IMG/VR virus record: IMGVR_UViG_2925891887_000005
Direction: 5' to 3' (one strand)
Source: a virus
Lineage: Duplodnaviria; Heunggongvirae; Uroviricota; Caudoviricetes
DNA length: 50,264 nucleotides
Of this stretch, positions 18,251 to 27,222 are shown piece by piece. The number at the start of each line of letters is the position of its first letter. Position 1 is the first letter of the stretch. Position numbers and translations under genes: made by a program. Below the pieces are notes generated by a model. The model was not told the DNA's origin, did not search any database, and saw nothing but the letters and a program-made list of their open reading frames with translations.

Positions 18251-18697
18251 TTAAGGTTTTAATTCATCAAGACGTTGTTGGATAGTGTTTTTGCTTGCGT
18301 TGTCTGTTATAGCCATTTGTTGTACTTGCCCCATTGCCATTTGAGTTTCCATCCACATATCGGCCCACACTTTTGTATCGTTATTAACTTGAGCGATAGT
18401 AAATCTGACTTTTGATACCGGGGTTGTTGAATAGGCATTTCCGATTAACATTTGTCCAAAAACAGCAGAGCCGCCTTCCAGTTCTTTACCACATATAACA
18501 CTGCTGTTATCCGCTTTGTAAATTATCAACCCTCTACTATTGCAGTAATTCACAAGGGCATCTTTGACTTTATCTTTTGTCGTATTTTGATAAACCCCCT
18601 CAGGTTTTCCTGATTGAGTTTTCTTTATCAATGGTACGGAAGAAGTACAACCTGAAATGATAGTTGCGCTAAGTAATAGTACAGTCATTTTATTCAT
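18251..18697 (-). CDS. Lipoprotein (moron), function unknown
   Basis: Signal peptide with lipobox IISGC; AT-rich; antisense to the surrounding late operon. Confidence 0.6.
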   Translation of the reverse strand: MNKMTVLLLSATIISGCTSSVPLIKKTQSGKPEGVYQNTTKDKVKDALVNYCNSRGLIIYKADNSSVICGKELEGGSAVFGQMLIGNAYSTTPVSKVRFTIAQVNNDTKVWADMWMETQMAMGQVQQMAITDNASKNTIQQRLDELKP

Positions 18698-18943
18698 GTT
18701 TCTTATCCATTGTTAAGGGTATACCCACACAATTATTTTTATTGGAGATGAATAATCAACCGTTTACAATCGTAAAAAATCAAATATGCTGTTAAGAGTG
18801 GTTACTTCGCCACACAACTTAAACCCGCCGCTGAGCGGTTTTTTTGTACCTGTAAACTTGGTGCAGTACAGTAAACACGCTGGTGGTCGTGAATACTGAC
18901 TTTTTATCTTGCTGGCTTTTTAGACAAGAGTTATTGGTATGTC

Positions 18944-19171
18944 ATGTTAACCAGAAGGGAAAAAGACATGCTAAAACAGCAAGATATGACAGAAACCGCC
19001 GCCGCAGTCCTTCATTTCTTACCTGCTGACAAGTGGGTAACGCCACGCATGATGACGAGAACTACCGGAGTAAGCGAAGCCCGGTGCCAGTTAATACTGA
19101 CTCAGTTAGTTCTGGCGGGTCTGGCGAAGGATAACGGCGGGTACGGGAATAAATTCAGACGCTGCCAGTAA
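18944..19171 (+). CDS. Hypothetical small protein
   Basis: ORF only; weak ribosome-binding site; alternative start at 18968. Confidence 0.3.
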   Translation: MLTRREKDMLKQQDMTETAAAVLHFLPADKWVTPRMMTRTTGVSEARCQLILTQLVLAGLAKDNGGYGNKFRRCQ

Positions 19172-19321
19172 TGGCGGTTTCCTGCTGTGAAAATGGGCGG
19201 CTGGTGGGTGTTGGTAGCACCTGCCAGCCATTCGCTCATGCTTACTGGTCACAAGCGAACCACGGCCCACTGCTTTAGCGCAAAAGCAGAGTGAGCCTAC
19301 CAGAGTTACGCTTACTGATCC

Positions 19322-20374
19322 ATGAAAAATACTGTAAAAATAAACAGTGTTGATTTAATCAACGCTGATTGCCTGCATTTTATTCAGTCCCTGCCTGATG
19401 ATTCCATTGACCTGATTGTTACCGATCCGCCGTACTTCAAGGTGAAACCCAACGGCTGGGACAATCAGTGGAAAGGGGACGAAGATTACCTTAAGTGGCT
19501 GGACCACTGTCTGGCCCAGTTCTGGCGGGTGTTAAAACCTGCCGGAAGCCTTTACCTGTTCTGTGGGCATCGCCTGGCATCTGATATTGAGATCATGATG
19601 CGTGAACGTTTCAACGTGCTTAACCATATCATCTGGGCGAAGCCGTCCGGACGTTGGAATGGGTGTAATAAAGAAAGTCTGCGTGCATATTTTCCTGCCA
19701 CAGAGCGCGTTCTGTTTGCTGAACATTACCAGGGGCCATATCGTGGCAAAAGTGACGGCTATGCGGCAAAAGAAAGGGAACTCAAACAGCACATAATGGC
19801 ACCGCTGATATCGTATTTCAGGAATGCTCGTGCCGAACTGGGTATAACGGCAAAACAAATTGCCGAAGCCACAGGTAAGAAAAATATGGTTTCCCACTGG
19901 TTTGGTGCCAGTCAGTGGCAGTTGCCGAATGAGGCTGACTATCGGAAGTTACAGGCACTGTTTTCCCGTATAGCGGCAGAGAAGTTTCAGGAACAACAAC
20001 TGGAACAACCACACCACCAGCTGGTGGCAGCTTATGATTCACTGAATCGCAAATATTCTGAATTGCTGGATGAGTTTAAATCTCTCCGGCGCTATTTCTC
20101 CGTATCAGTCTCCGTGCCTTATACCGATGTCTGGATGCATAAACCCGTTCAGTTCTACCCGGGGAAACATCCGTGTGAGAAACCGGCGGATATGCTCAGG
20201 CAAATAATCAATGCCAGTAGTCGACCAGGTGATCTGGTTGCTGATTTTTTTATGGGATCCGGTTCCACAATAAAAGCAGCAATGGCGCTGGGGCGTCGGG
20301 CCTTAGGTGTTGAGCTTGAGTCAGAGCGGTTTAACCAGACAGTGAAAGAGATAAACGAGCTGGTGGGGAAATAA
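19322..20374 (+). CDS. Orphan DNA methyltransferase (DPPY motif; N6-adenine or N4-cytosine class)
   Basis: Motif IV TDPPYF near the N-terminus and AdoMet-binding FFMGSGST near the C-terminus; no adjacent endonuclease. Confidence 0.8.
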   Translation: MKNTVKINSVDLINADCLHFIQSLPDDSIDLIVTDPPYFKVKPNGWDNQWKGDEDYLKWLDHCLAQFWRVLKPAGSLYLFCGHRLASDIEIMMRERFNVLNHIIWAKPSGRWNGCNKESLRAYFPATERVLFAEHYQGPYRGKSDGYAAKERELKQHIMAPLISYFRNARAELGITAKQIAEATGKKNMVSHWFGASQWQLPNEADYRKLQALFSRIAAEKFQEQQLEQPHHQLVAAYDSLNRKYSELLDEFKSLRRYFSVSVSVPYTDVWMHKPVQFYPGKHPCEKPADMLRQIINASSRPGDLVADFFMGSGSTIKAAMALGRRALGVELESERFNQTVKEINELVGK

Positions 20375-20441
20375 TCTGGTGGCCACGTCAGGTGGCCTTT
20401 TTATTTCCATTACACAGCACCCGCATCTGCGAGGTGGGGTT

Positions 20442-20657
20442 ATGAAATCCATGGATAAGTTAACAACGGGTGTCGCCTATGGCACCTCAGCAGGTAGTGC
20501 CGGGTACTGGTTTTTACAGTTGCTCGATAAAGTCACGCCCTCACAGTGGGCGGCAATAGGTGTGCTGGGTAGTCTGGTATTTGGCTTGCTGACGTATCTG
20601 ACTAACCTGTATTTCAAAATCAGAGAGGACCGTCGTAAGGCGGCACGGGGAGAGTAA
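20442..20657 (+). CDS. S: Phage-21-type class II holin (pinholin S21-like) with dual start
   Basis: [29 protein letters not shown]...[15 protein letters not shown] is near-identical to the phage 21 S holin as I recall it; the track ORF 20379 carries an N-terminal extension. Confidence 0.85.
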   Translation: MKSMDKLTTGVAYGTSAGSAGYWFLQLLDKVTPSQWAAIGVLGSLVFGLLTYLTNLYFKIREDRRKAARGE

Positions 20658-20661
20658 TTCA

Positions 20662-21012
20662 ATGACTCAAAACTATGAACTGATTGTGAAAGGGATCCGC
20701 AATTTTGAGAATAAAGTTACGGTAACTTTAGCGTTACGGGACAAAAAACGCTTTGACGGTGAAATTTTTGACCTGGACATCTCGCTGGACCGTGTTGAAG
20801 GTGCCGCGCTGGAGGTTTATGAGGCAGCAGCCAGAAGGAGCATCAGACAGGTCTTCCTGGATGTTGCTGCCGGGTTATGTGAAGGGGATGAGCAGTCGCC
20901 GGAAAAGCGCTCCGTAATTTTAGATGCGCAGAATGTTTGGATAACCTACAAAGGAAAGCTACCAGGAAGAATTACTGGTTCTCTGAAGACTCCTCCGGAA
21001 TCACAACCTTAA
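20662..21012 (+). CDS. Hypothetical protein inserted between holin and endolysin
   Basis: 116-aa soluble ORF tightly packed between S and R; no recognised motifs. Confidence 0.45.
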   Translation: MTQNYELIVKGIRNFENKVTVTLALRDKKRFDGEIFDLDISLDRVEGAALEVYEAAARRSIRQVFLDVAAGLCEGDEQSPEKRSVILDAQNVWITYKGKLPGRITGSLKTPPESQP

Positions 21013-21075
21013 GTCACTGACCGGAACAGATAAACCTGTCCGTGGGCAGAAACCGATAAATCCTGATAAATATCC

Positions 21076-21609
21076 ATGAACGCAAAAATCAGATACGGCC
21101 TGTCGGCTGCCGTTCTGGCACTGATTGCCGTCGGTGCGCCCGCGCCTGATATTCTCGACCAGTTTCTGGATGAAAAAGAAGGTAACCACACAACGGCATA
21201 CCGCGATGGGTCCGGCATCTGGACCATCTGTCGGGGTGCCACGATGGTGGATGGAAAACCCGTTTTTCCCGGTATGAAACTGTCGAAGGAAAAATGCGAC
21301 CAGGTCAACGCCATTGAGCGTGATAAGGCGCTGGCATGGGTGGAGCGCAATATTAAAGTACCACTGACCGAGCCACAAAAAGCGGGTATCGCGTCATTTT
21401 GTCCCTATAACATTGGCCCCGGTAAGTGTTTTCCGTCGACGTTTTATAAGCGGCTGAATGCTGGTGATCGTAAAGGTGCATGCGAGGCGATTCGCTGGTG
21501 GATAAAAGATGGTGGGCGCGATTGCCGCATACGTTCAAATAACTGCTATGGACAGGTTATTCGTCGTGACCAGGAAAGCGCATTAGCCTGTTGGGGGATA
21601 GATCAGTGA
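21076..21609 (+). CDS. R: SAR endolysin (lysozyme with N-terminal signal-anchor-release domain)
   Basis: N-terminal hydrophobic SAR segment ([15 protein letters not shown]) followed by a lysozyme-like domain; partner of the pinholin. Confidence 0.85.
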   Translation: MNAKIRYGLSAAVLALIAVGAPAPDILDQFLDEKEGNHTTAYRDGSGIWTICRGATMVDGKPVFPGMKLSKEKCDQVNAIERDKALAWVERNIKVPLTEPQKAGIASFCPYNIGPGKCFPSTFYKRLNAGDRKGACEAIRWWIKDGGRDCRIRSNNCYGQVIRRDQESALACWGIDQ

Positions 21610-22073
21610 GCAGAGTCGCCGCGATTATTTATGCTCTGGTTATCTGCATCATCGTCTGCCTGTCGTGGGCGGTCAATCATTACCGTGATAACGCCATCGC
21701 CTACAAAGAACAGCGTGATAAAAAAGTCAGTGAGCTGAAGCAGGCGACCGCCACCATTACTGACATGCAGCAACGCCAGCGTGCTGCTGATGTACTCGAT
21801 GCTAAATACACGAAGGAGTTGGCTGATGCGAAAGCTGAAAATGATGCTCTTCGGCGCAAGCTTGATAATGGTGGTCGGGTGCTCGTCAAAGGAAAATGCT
21901 CTGTGCCATCCTCAGCCGAAACCTCCAGCGCCTCCGGCATGGGCAATGATGCCACCGTCGAACTCTCTCCAGTTGCTGGACGAAACGTTCTCGGTATCCG
22001 GGACGGAATCATCAGAGACCAGACAGCACTGAGAACGCTTCAGGAATATATCAGGACGCAATGCCTTCGATGA
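21606..22073 (+). CDS. Rz: i-spanin Rz
   Basis: Near-identical to the lambda Rz N-terminus ([30 protein letters not shown]); GTG start overlapping the endolysin stop. Confidence 0.8.
   Translation: MSRVAAIIYALVICIIVCLSWAVNHYRDNAIAYKEQRDKKVSELKQATATITDMQQRQRAADVLDAKYTKELADAKAENDALRRKLDNGGRVLVKGKCSVPSSAETSSASGMGNDATVELSPVAGRNVLGIRDGIIRDQTALRTLQEYIRTQCLR
21826..22032 (+). CDS. Rz1: o-spanin Rz1 (lipoprotein embedded in Rz in the +1 frame)
   Basis: [21 protein letters not shown]... with a lipobox and a Pro-rich tail, nested within Rz. Confidence 0.7.
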   Translation: MRKLKMMLFGASLIMVVGCSSKENALCHPQPKPPAPPAWAMMPPSNSLQLLDETFSVSGTESSETRQH

Positions 22074-22898
22074 TAGCGATAATTTTACTCATCATCCTTC
22101 ACATTTGGCTCTGTAGACAGGGTGGTGATCACTTCTGGAGTGAATCCAGATTAAACATCTCATTGCTGATGCTTGAAGTTGAGCATCTGGCGCGCGGTAA
22201 GGGGCTGCGTTGAAATAAGAGCCAGTCATTAAAAATACCTGGATTTAGCCTCGCATTCGCGGGGTTTTTTATTGCCATTACAAAAGCCACTCCCTACAGA
22301 GTGGCTTTGATAATGGCTTATACCCTACACGGGATAACTTAACTGATATCCCTTTTAACGGATAAAGGTATTCAAGCCTGACACATTATGCGCTGTATCG
22401 TCGCCGTATTCCCGTATTAACAGAGACCGTAGCCCGACGGGGAACTCCTTCTGCGAGAGTGTGCGGGAATAATCAAAAACGATGCACACCGGGTTTTTAC
22501 CGCGTTTATGGTTCGCGGGTTTGTCCCTCATGCTCGCCAGTCCTGTGCGGGGGTGGAAGAAACAGGATACTCACACAGATTCTTGTGGGCACGATGCTAT
22601 TCCTTTCTGGATTATCCCGATGCCATTCATGCAAGGCGCTGTATCAGACGTTCGTCATGGCTGTCAGGCTGACGGGTCCTCCCGGTGGGGTGGCCTGCCA
22701 CGGGGCGGGAGCGGCGCGGAAAAAGGCTAGTTTTTGCATTTTCATTCGTCATCATCATCTTCATATTGTATTGAATTTTAAGTATTTTTATTTTTGGTAT
22801 GTTGATTTTGCTTGTTTTATGCTCAACATATAGCGCATTTTTTGACCTCTTCTGAAAGTTGTTCGCAAGATGCATGTTTAAAACATTCTGGAGCGGGT

Positions 22899-23390
22899 AT
22901 GGATCGAGAACTGAAAAATCTGATGCTGAACATTAATCAACTGGCGGCGATAGCGGGAATATGTCGTCAGACTGCGGCGGCAAGGCTGAAAAACATCCAG
23001 CCAGCCGGAGGGCATGACAAGCTGAAACTCTATCGGGTGACTGACATTCTGACCTGTTTTCTTGATCTTCCCGTTCCGGCATCACTGGAAGAAATGGAGC
23101 CACATGACCGTAAGGCCTGGTATCAGTCTGAACGTGAGCGTCTTAAGTTCGAACAGGAAACGGCACAACTCATTCCGGCCAGTGATGTCAGACGGGAGTT
23201 TGCCATCTGGGCAAAAGCGGTCGTGCAGGTGCTGGAGACATTACCGGATATTCTTGAACGTGACTGCGGTCTGCAGCCTGCCGCTGTGAGCCGTGTTCAG
23301 TCCATTATTGATGATCTGCGCGATCAGATAGCCCTGCGGGTGACTGAAGCAGGTGCGGATGATGAGGAGGAATTACAGCAGGAGGAGTAA
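22899..23390 (+). CDS. nu1: Terminase small subunit (Nu1-like)
   Basis: N-terminal HTH (LMLNINQLAAIAGICRQTAAARL); directly precedes the terminase large subunit, with stop/start overlap. Confidence 0.75.
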   Translation: MDRELKNLMLNINQLAAIAGICRQTAAARLKNIQPAGGHDKLKLYRVTDILTCFLDLPVPASLEEMEPHDRKAWYQSERERLKFEQETAQLIPASDVRREFAIWAKAVVQVLETLPDILERDCGLQPAAVSRVQSIIDDLRDQIALRVTEAGADDEEELQQEE

Positions 23391-25492
23391 TGCTGAATCA
23401 GGAAACCGCAAAGGCAGCACGAACCGATTCAGGTTATATCCTTCGCGCACCGAGACGAATGCGGGTTGCTGATGCCGTTGCTCAGTATATGCGGGTGCCC
23501 ATGGGGGCAGGGAACTCAGTCCCGTGGGATCCGCTGGTGGCACCGTATGTTATTGAGCCGATGAACTGCCTGGCCTCGCGTGAATACGACGCAGTGATAT
23601 TTGTTGGCCCGGCACGAACCGGCAAGACTATCGGCCTGATTGACGGCTGGGTGATTTACAACGTGATTTGCGATCCTGCTGATATGCTGATTATTCAGAT
23701 GACGGAGGAAAAAGCCCGCGAACACTCCAAAAAACGACTCGCCAGAACGTTTCGCGTCAGCCCGGAAGTGGTCAGTCGCCTGAGTCCGAACAAAAATGAC
23801 AACAACGTTTATGACAGAACATTCCTTGCTGGTAACTACCTGAAAATCGGCTGGCCGTCAGTCAATATCATGTCCTCATCAGATTATAAATGCGTCGCGC
23901 TGACGGATTATGACCGTTTTCCGGAAGATATTGATGGCGAGGGGGATGCTTTCTCTCTTGCCTCAAAACGTACCACAACATTTATGTCCAGTGGTATGAC
24001 GCTGGTGGAGAGTTCCCCCGGCAGGGATGTGAAGGATGTGAAATGGCGAAGGACTTCACCGCATGAGGCTCCACCAACCACGGGGATACTGTCGCTCTAT
24101 AACCGTGGCGATCGCCGTCGCTGGTACTGGCCCTGTCCACACTGTGGTGAGTATTTTCAGCCCTGCGGCGATGTGGTTGCTGGTTTCCGTGATATTGCCG
24201 ATCCCGTGCTGGCAAGTGAGGCGGCTTATATTCAGTGTCCTTCCTGTTCAGGACGGATTATGCCTGAACAAAAACGTGAGCTGAACGGACGTGGGGTCTG
24301 GTTGCGGGATGGTGAATCCATCAATGCGGATGGCAGTCGTTATGGTGATCCCCGACGCTCACGTATTGCGTCATTCTGGATGGAGGGTCCGGCAGCTGCT
24401 TACCAGACACTCTCGCAACTCGTTTACAAACTGCTTACTGCAGAACAGGAATACGAGACAACCGGAAGTGAAGAAACACTCAAGACGGTTATCAATACCG
24501 ACTGGGGATTACCTTATCTTCCCCGCGCCAGCATGGAGCAACGAAAAAGTGAACTGCTTGAGCAGCGGGCAGAGCCAGTTCCTTCCCGCAGTGTGCCGGA
24601 TGGCGTTAATTTCCTTGTGGCGACAGTGGATGTGCAGGCGGGACGTCATCGCCGTTTTGTGGTTCAGGTAACGGGCTATGGCAGCCGTGGCGAACGCTGG
24701 ATTATTGATCGTTACAACATCACGCAGTCATTGCGCGGTGACAGCGACGGGGAGAGCCAGCGAATTGATCCGGCCAGCTATCCGGAAGACTGGGATGTCC
24801 TGCTGACGGATGTTTTTCATAAAAGCTGGCCGCTGGCCTCCGATCCTTCTCAACAAATGCGACTGATGGCAATGGCGGTGGACTCCGGCGGTGAAGACGG
24901 GGTCACTGATAATGCCTATAAATTCTGGCGTCGTTGCCGTCGTGATGGCCTTGGTAAACGTATTTACCTGTTTAAGGGCGACAGCATCCGGCGCGCAAAA
25001 CTGATCACCCGTACATTCCCTGATAACACCGGACGAACGGGCCGACGGGCGCAGGCCGCAGGTGATGTGCCGCTCTGGCTTCTTCAGACGGATGCACTGA
25101 AAGACCGGGTGAATAACGCGTTATGGCGTGACTCGCCAGGTCCCGGCTATGTGCATTTCCCTGACTGGCTGGGGAGCTGGTTTTACGACGAACTGACGTA
25201 TGAAGAGCGGAGCAGTGACGGGAAATGGAGTAAGCCGGGTCGCGGTGCCAACGAAGCTTTTGACCTGATGGTGTATGCCGAGGCTCTGGTCATTCTGCAT
25301 GGATACGAAAAGATCCGCTGGCCGGATGCACCGGAGTGGGCGAGCCGGGAAACCTGGCTGGAGTGTGTCCCGGACAGTATCGAACCGTCACCCTCACCGG
25401 AACCGGTATCCACGCCTGTTAAAAAACAAAAACGGAAGAAAACAGTAACTGACGATGTTAACCCCTGGCTGACTTCCGGAGGATGGTTATGA
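23390..25492 (+). CDS. A: Terminase large subunit (gpA-like)
   Basis: 700 aa; Walker A-like VGPARTGKT; lambda gpA-type architecture. Confidence 0.9.
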   Translation: MLNQETAKAARTDSGYILRAPRRMRVADAVAQYMRVPMGAGNSVPWDPLVAPYVIEPMNCLASREYDAVIFVGPARTGKTIGLIDGWVIYNVICDPADMLIIQMTEEKAREHSKKRLARTFRVSPEVVSRLSPNKNDNNVYDRTFLAGNYLKIGWPSVNIMSSSDYKCVALTDYDRFPEDIDGEGDAFSLASKRTTTFMSSGMTLVESSPGRDVKDVKWRRTSPHEAPPTTGILSLYNRGDRRRWYWPCPHCGEYFQPCGDVVAGFRDIADPVLASEAAYIQCPSCSGRIMPEQKRELNGRGVWLRDGESINADGSRYGDPRRSRIASFWMEGPAAAYQTLSQLVYKLLTAEQEYETTGSEETLKTVINTDWGLPYLPRASMEQRKSELLEQRAEPVPSRSVPDGVNFLVATVDVQAGRHRRFVVQVTGYGSRGERWIIDRYNITQSLRGDSDGESQRIDPASYPEDWDVLLTDVFHKSWPLASDPSQQMRLMAMAVDSGGEDGVTDNAYKFWRRCRRDGLGKRIYLFKGDSIRRAKLITRTFPDNTGRTGRRAQAAGDVPLWLLQTDALKDRVNNALWRDSPGPGYVHFPDWLGSWFYDELTYEERSSDGKWSKPGRGANEAFDLMVYAEALVILHGYEKIRWPDAPEWASRETWLECVPDSIEPSPSPEPVSTPVKKQKRKKTVTDDVNPWLTSGGWL

Positions 25493-25701
25493 ACCAGAAT
25501 GATATCGAAGCCATGATTCAGCGTTATACGGAAGCTGAAATGGCGGTGCTGGACGGAAAATCCGTCACCTTTAATGGTCAGCAGATGACCATGGAAAACT
25601 TATCTGAGATCCGGCAGGGACGGCAGGAGTGGGAGCGCCGCCTTGCGGCTCTGATTACACGACGACGGGGGCATCCCGGGTACCGGCTGGCGAGGTTCTG
25701 A
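25489..25701 (+). CDS. W: Head-tail joining protein W-like
   Basis: About 70 aa between the terminase and portal genes; GGAGG ribosome-binding site; overlaps flanking genes. Confidence 0.65.
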   Translation: MNQNDIEAMIQRYTEAEMAVLDGKSVTFNGQQMTMENLSEIRQGRQEWERRLAALITRRRGHPGYRLARF

Positions 25702-27209
25702 TGGCAATTCTTGATGATGTGATTGGCGTTTTTTCACCAGGATGGAAAGCGGCAAGGCTGCGTTCCCGTGTGGTGATCCAGGCTTATGAGGCCGTAAAAA
25801 CGACGCGGACACACAAAGCCCGGCGGGAAAACCGAACTGCCGACCAGTTAAGCCAGTACGGGGCCGTGTCGTTACGTGAGCAGGCCCGTTACCTTGATAA
25901 CAACCACGATCTGGTTATTGGTGTATTTGACAAGCTGGAAGAACGGGTGGTGGGGAAAAACGGGATTATTGTCGAGCCACATCCGGTATTACGCAATGGG
26001 GCCATTGCCCGTGACCTGGCTGCGGAGATTCGCACCCGATGGAGTGAATGGTCTGTCAGCCCGGAAGTCACCGGGCAGTTTACCCGTCCGATGCTGGAAC
26101 GTCTGATGCTGCGTACCTGGCTGCGCGATGGTGAGGTGTTTGCCCAGATGGTTTCCGGGCGCATAAACAGCCTGACGCCTTCTGCCGGTGTTCATTTCTG
26201 GCTGGAGGCGCTCGAGCCGGACTTTATTCCCATGACCAGTGATGAGAGCAACAGGCTGAATCAGGGCGTGTTTGTTGATGACTGGGGGCGTCCCGAAAAA
26301 TATCTGGTGTATAAAAGCCGTCCCGTATCCGGACGGCAGATGGAAACCAAAGAAGTGGATGCAGAGCGAATGCTGCATCTTAAATTTGTTCGCCGTCTGC
26401 ACCAGATGCGCGGGACGTCTTTGTTGTCCGGTGTGTTGATCCGCCTCAGTGCCCTGAAAGAGTATGAAGATTCTGAGCTGACTGCAGCAAGGATCGCCGC
26501 TGCTCTGGGGATGTACATCCGCAAAGGCGACGGGCAGAGCTATGAACCGGATGGTAATGGCAGCAAGGATAAGGAACGCGAGCTTACCATTCAGCCAGGC
26601 ATTATTTACGACGATCTGAAACCCGGCGAAGAAATCGGAATGGTGAAGTCGGATCGCCCCAATCCTAATCTTGAAACTTTTCGTAATGGTCAGTTGCGTG
26701 CAGTGGCGGCTGGCAGTCGTCTGAGTTTTTCCAGTACTGCGCGCAACTATAACGGCACTTACAGCGCCCAGCGTCAGGAGCTGGTTGAATCCACTGATGG
26801 CTACCTGATCCTGCAGGACTGGTTTATTGGTGCCGTCACCCGCCCGATGTATCGTGCCTGGCTGAAACAGGCTGTGGCATCCGGTGTTATCAGGCTACCC
26901 CGCGATCTTGACCGTTCTTCACTGTATACCGCGGTGTATTCCGGACCGGTGATGCCGTGGATTGACCCTGTTAAGGAGGCTGAGGCCTGGAAAATCCAGA
27001 TTCGTGGTGGAGCGGCGACAGAATCAGACTGGGTACGTGCTGGTGGTCGTAATCCGGATGATGTCAAACGTCGGCGCAAGGCCGAAATTGATGAAAACCG
27101 CAAGCTGGATCTGGTATTTGATACCGATCCGGCCAGTGATAAAGGAGGCAGCAGTGCCGCAACGAAACGACAGGAGCCGCAGCACACCGACGACCAGTCC
27201 GAAGAATAA
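25701..27209 (+). CDS. B: Portal protein (gpB-like)
   Basis: 502 aa; position and size match lambda-type portal; ATG overlaps the W stop. Confidence 0.85.
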   Translation: MAILDDVIGVFSPGWKAARLRSRVVIQAYEAVKTTRTHKARRENRTADQLSQYGAVSLREQARYLDNNHDLVIGVFDKLEERVVGKNGIIVEPHPVLRNGAIARDLAAEIRTRWSEWSVSPEVTGQFTRPMLERLMLRTWLRDGEVFAQMVSGRINSLTPSAGVHFWLEALEPDFIPMTSDESNRLNQGVFVDDWGRPEKYLVYKSRPVSGRQMETKEVDAERMLHLKFVRRLHQMRGTSLLSGVLIRLSALKEYEDSELTAARIAAALGMYIRKGDGQSYEPDGNGSKDKERELTIQPGIIYDDLKPGEEIGMVKSDRPNPNLETFRNGQLRAVAAGSRLSFSSTARNYNGTYSAQRQELVESTDGYLILQDWFIGAVTRPMYRAWLKQAVASGVIRLPRDLDRSSLYTAVYSGPVMPWIDPVKEAEAWKIQIRGGAATESDWVRAGGRNPDDVKRRRKAEIDENRKLDLVFDTDPASDKGGSSAATKRQEPQHTDDQSEE

Positions 27210-27222
27210 TTCCTGGTTCAGG

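Noticed and set aside
18700-19320. Shiga-toxin or other toxin cargo, or tRNA genes, between Q and the lysis genes
   Set aside because: This slot often carries such cargo in lambdoid phages, but here only a small ORF and a methyltransferase are present; no A/B toxin-like ORFs or cloverleaf-like sequences were seen.
22245-22305. Possible bor-like gene or strong terminator after Rz
   Set aside because: Only weak hairpins (CGCattcGCG followed by GGGGTTTTTT; AAGCCACTC...GAGTGGCTT) and no ORF with a lipoprotein signal are present; evidence is too weak to call a feature.
22459-22833. ORFs of 124 and 82 aa in the region upstream of nu1
   Set aside because: No ribosome-binding site, odd composition (Cys/His/Phe-rich); the region is more plausibly the non-coding cos/packaging region.
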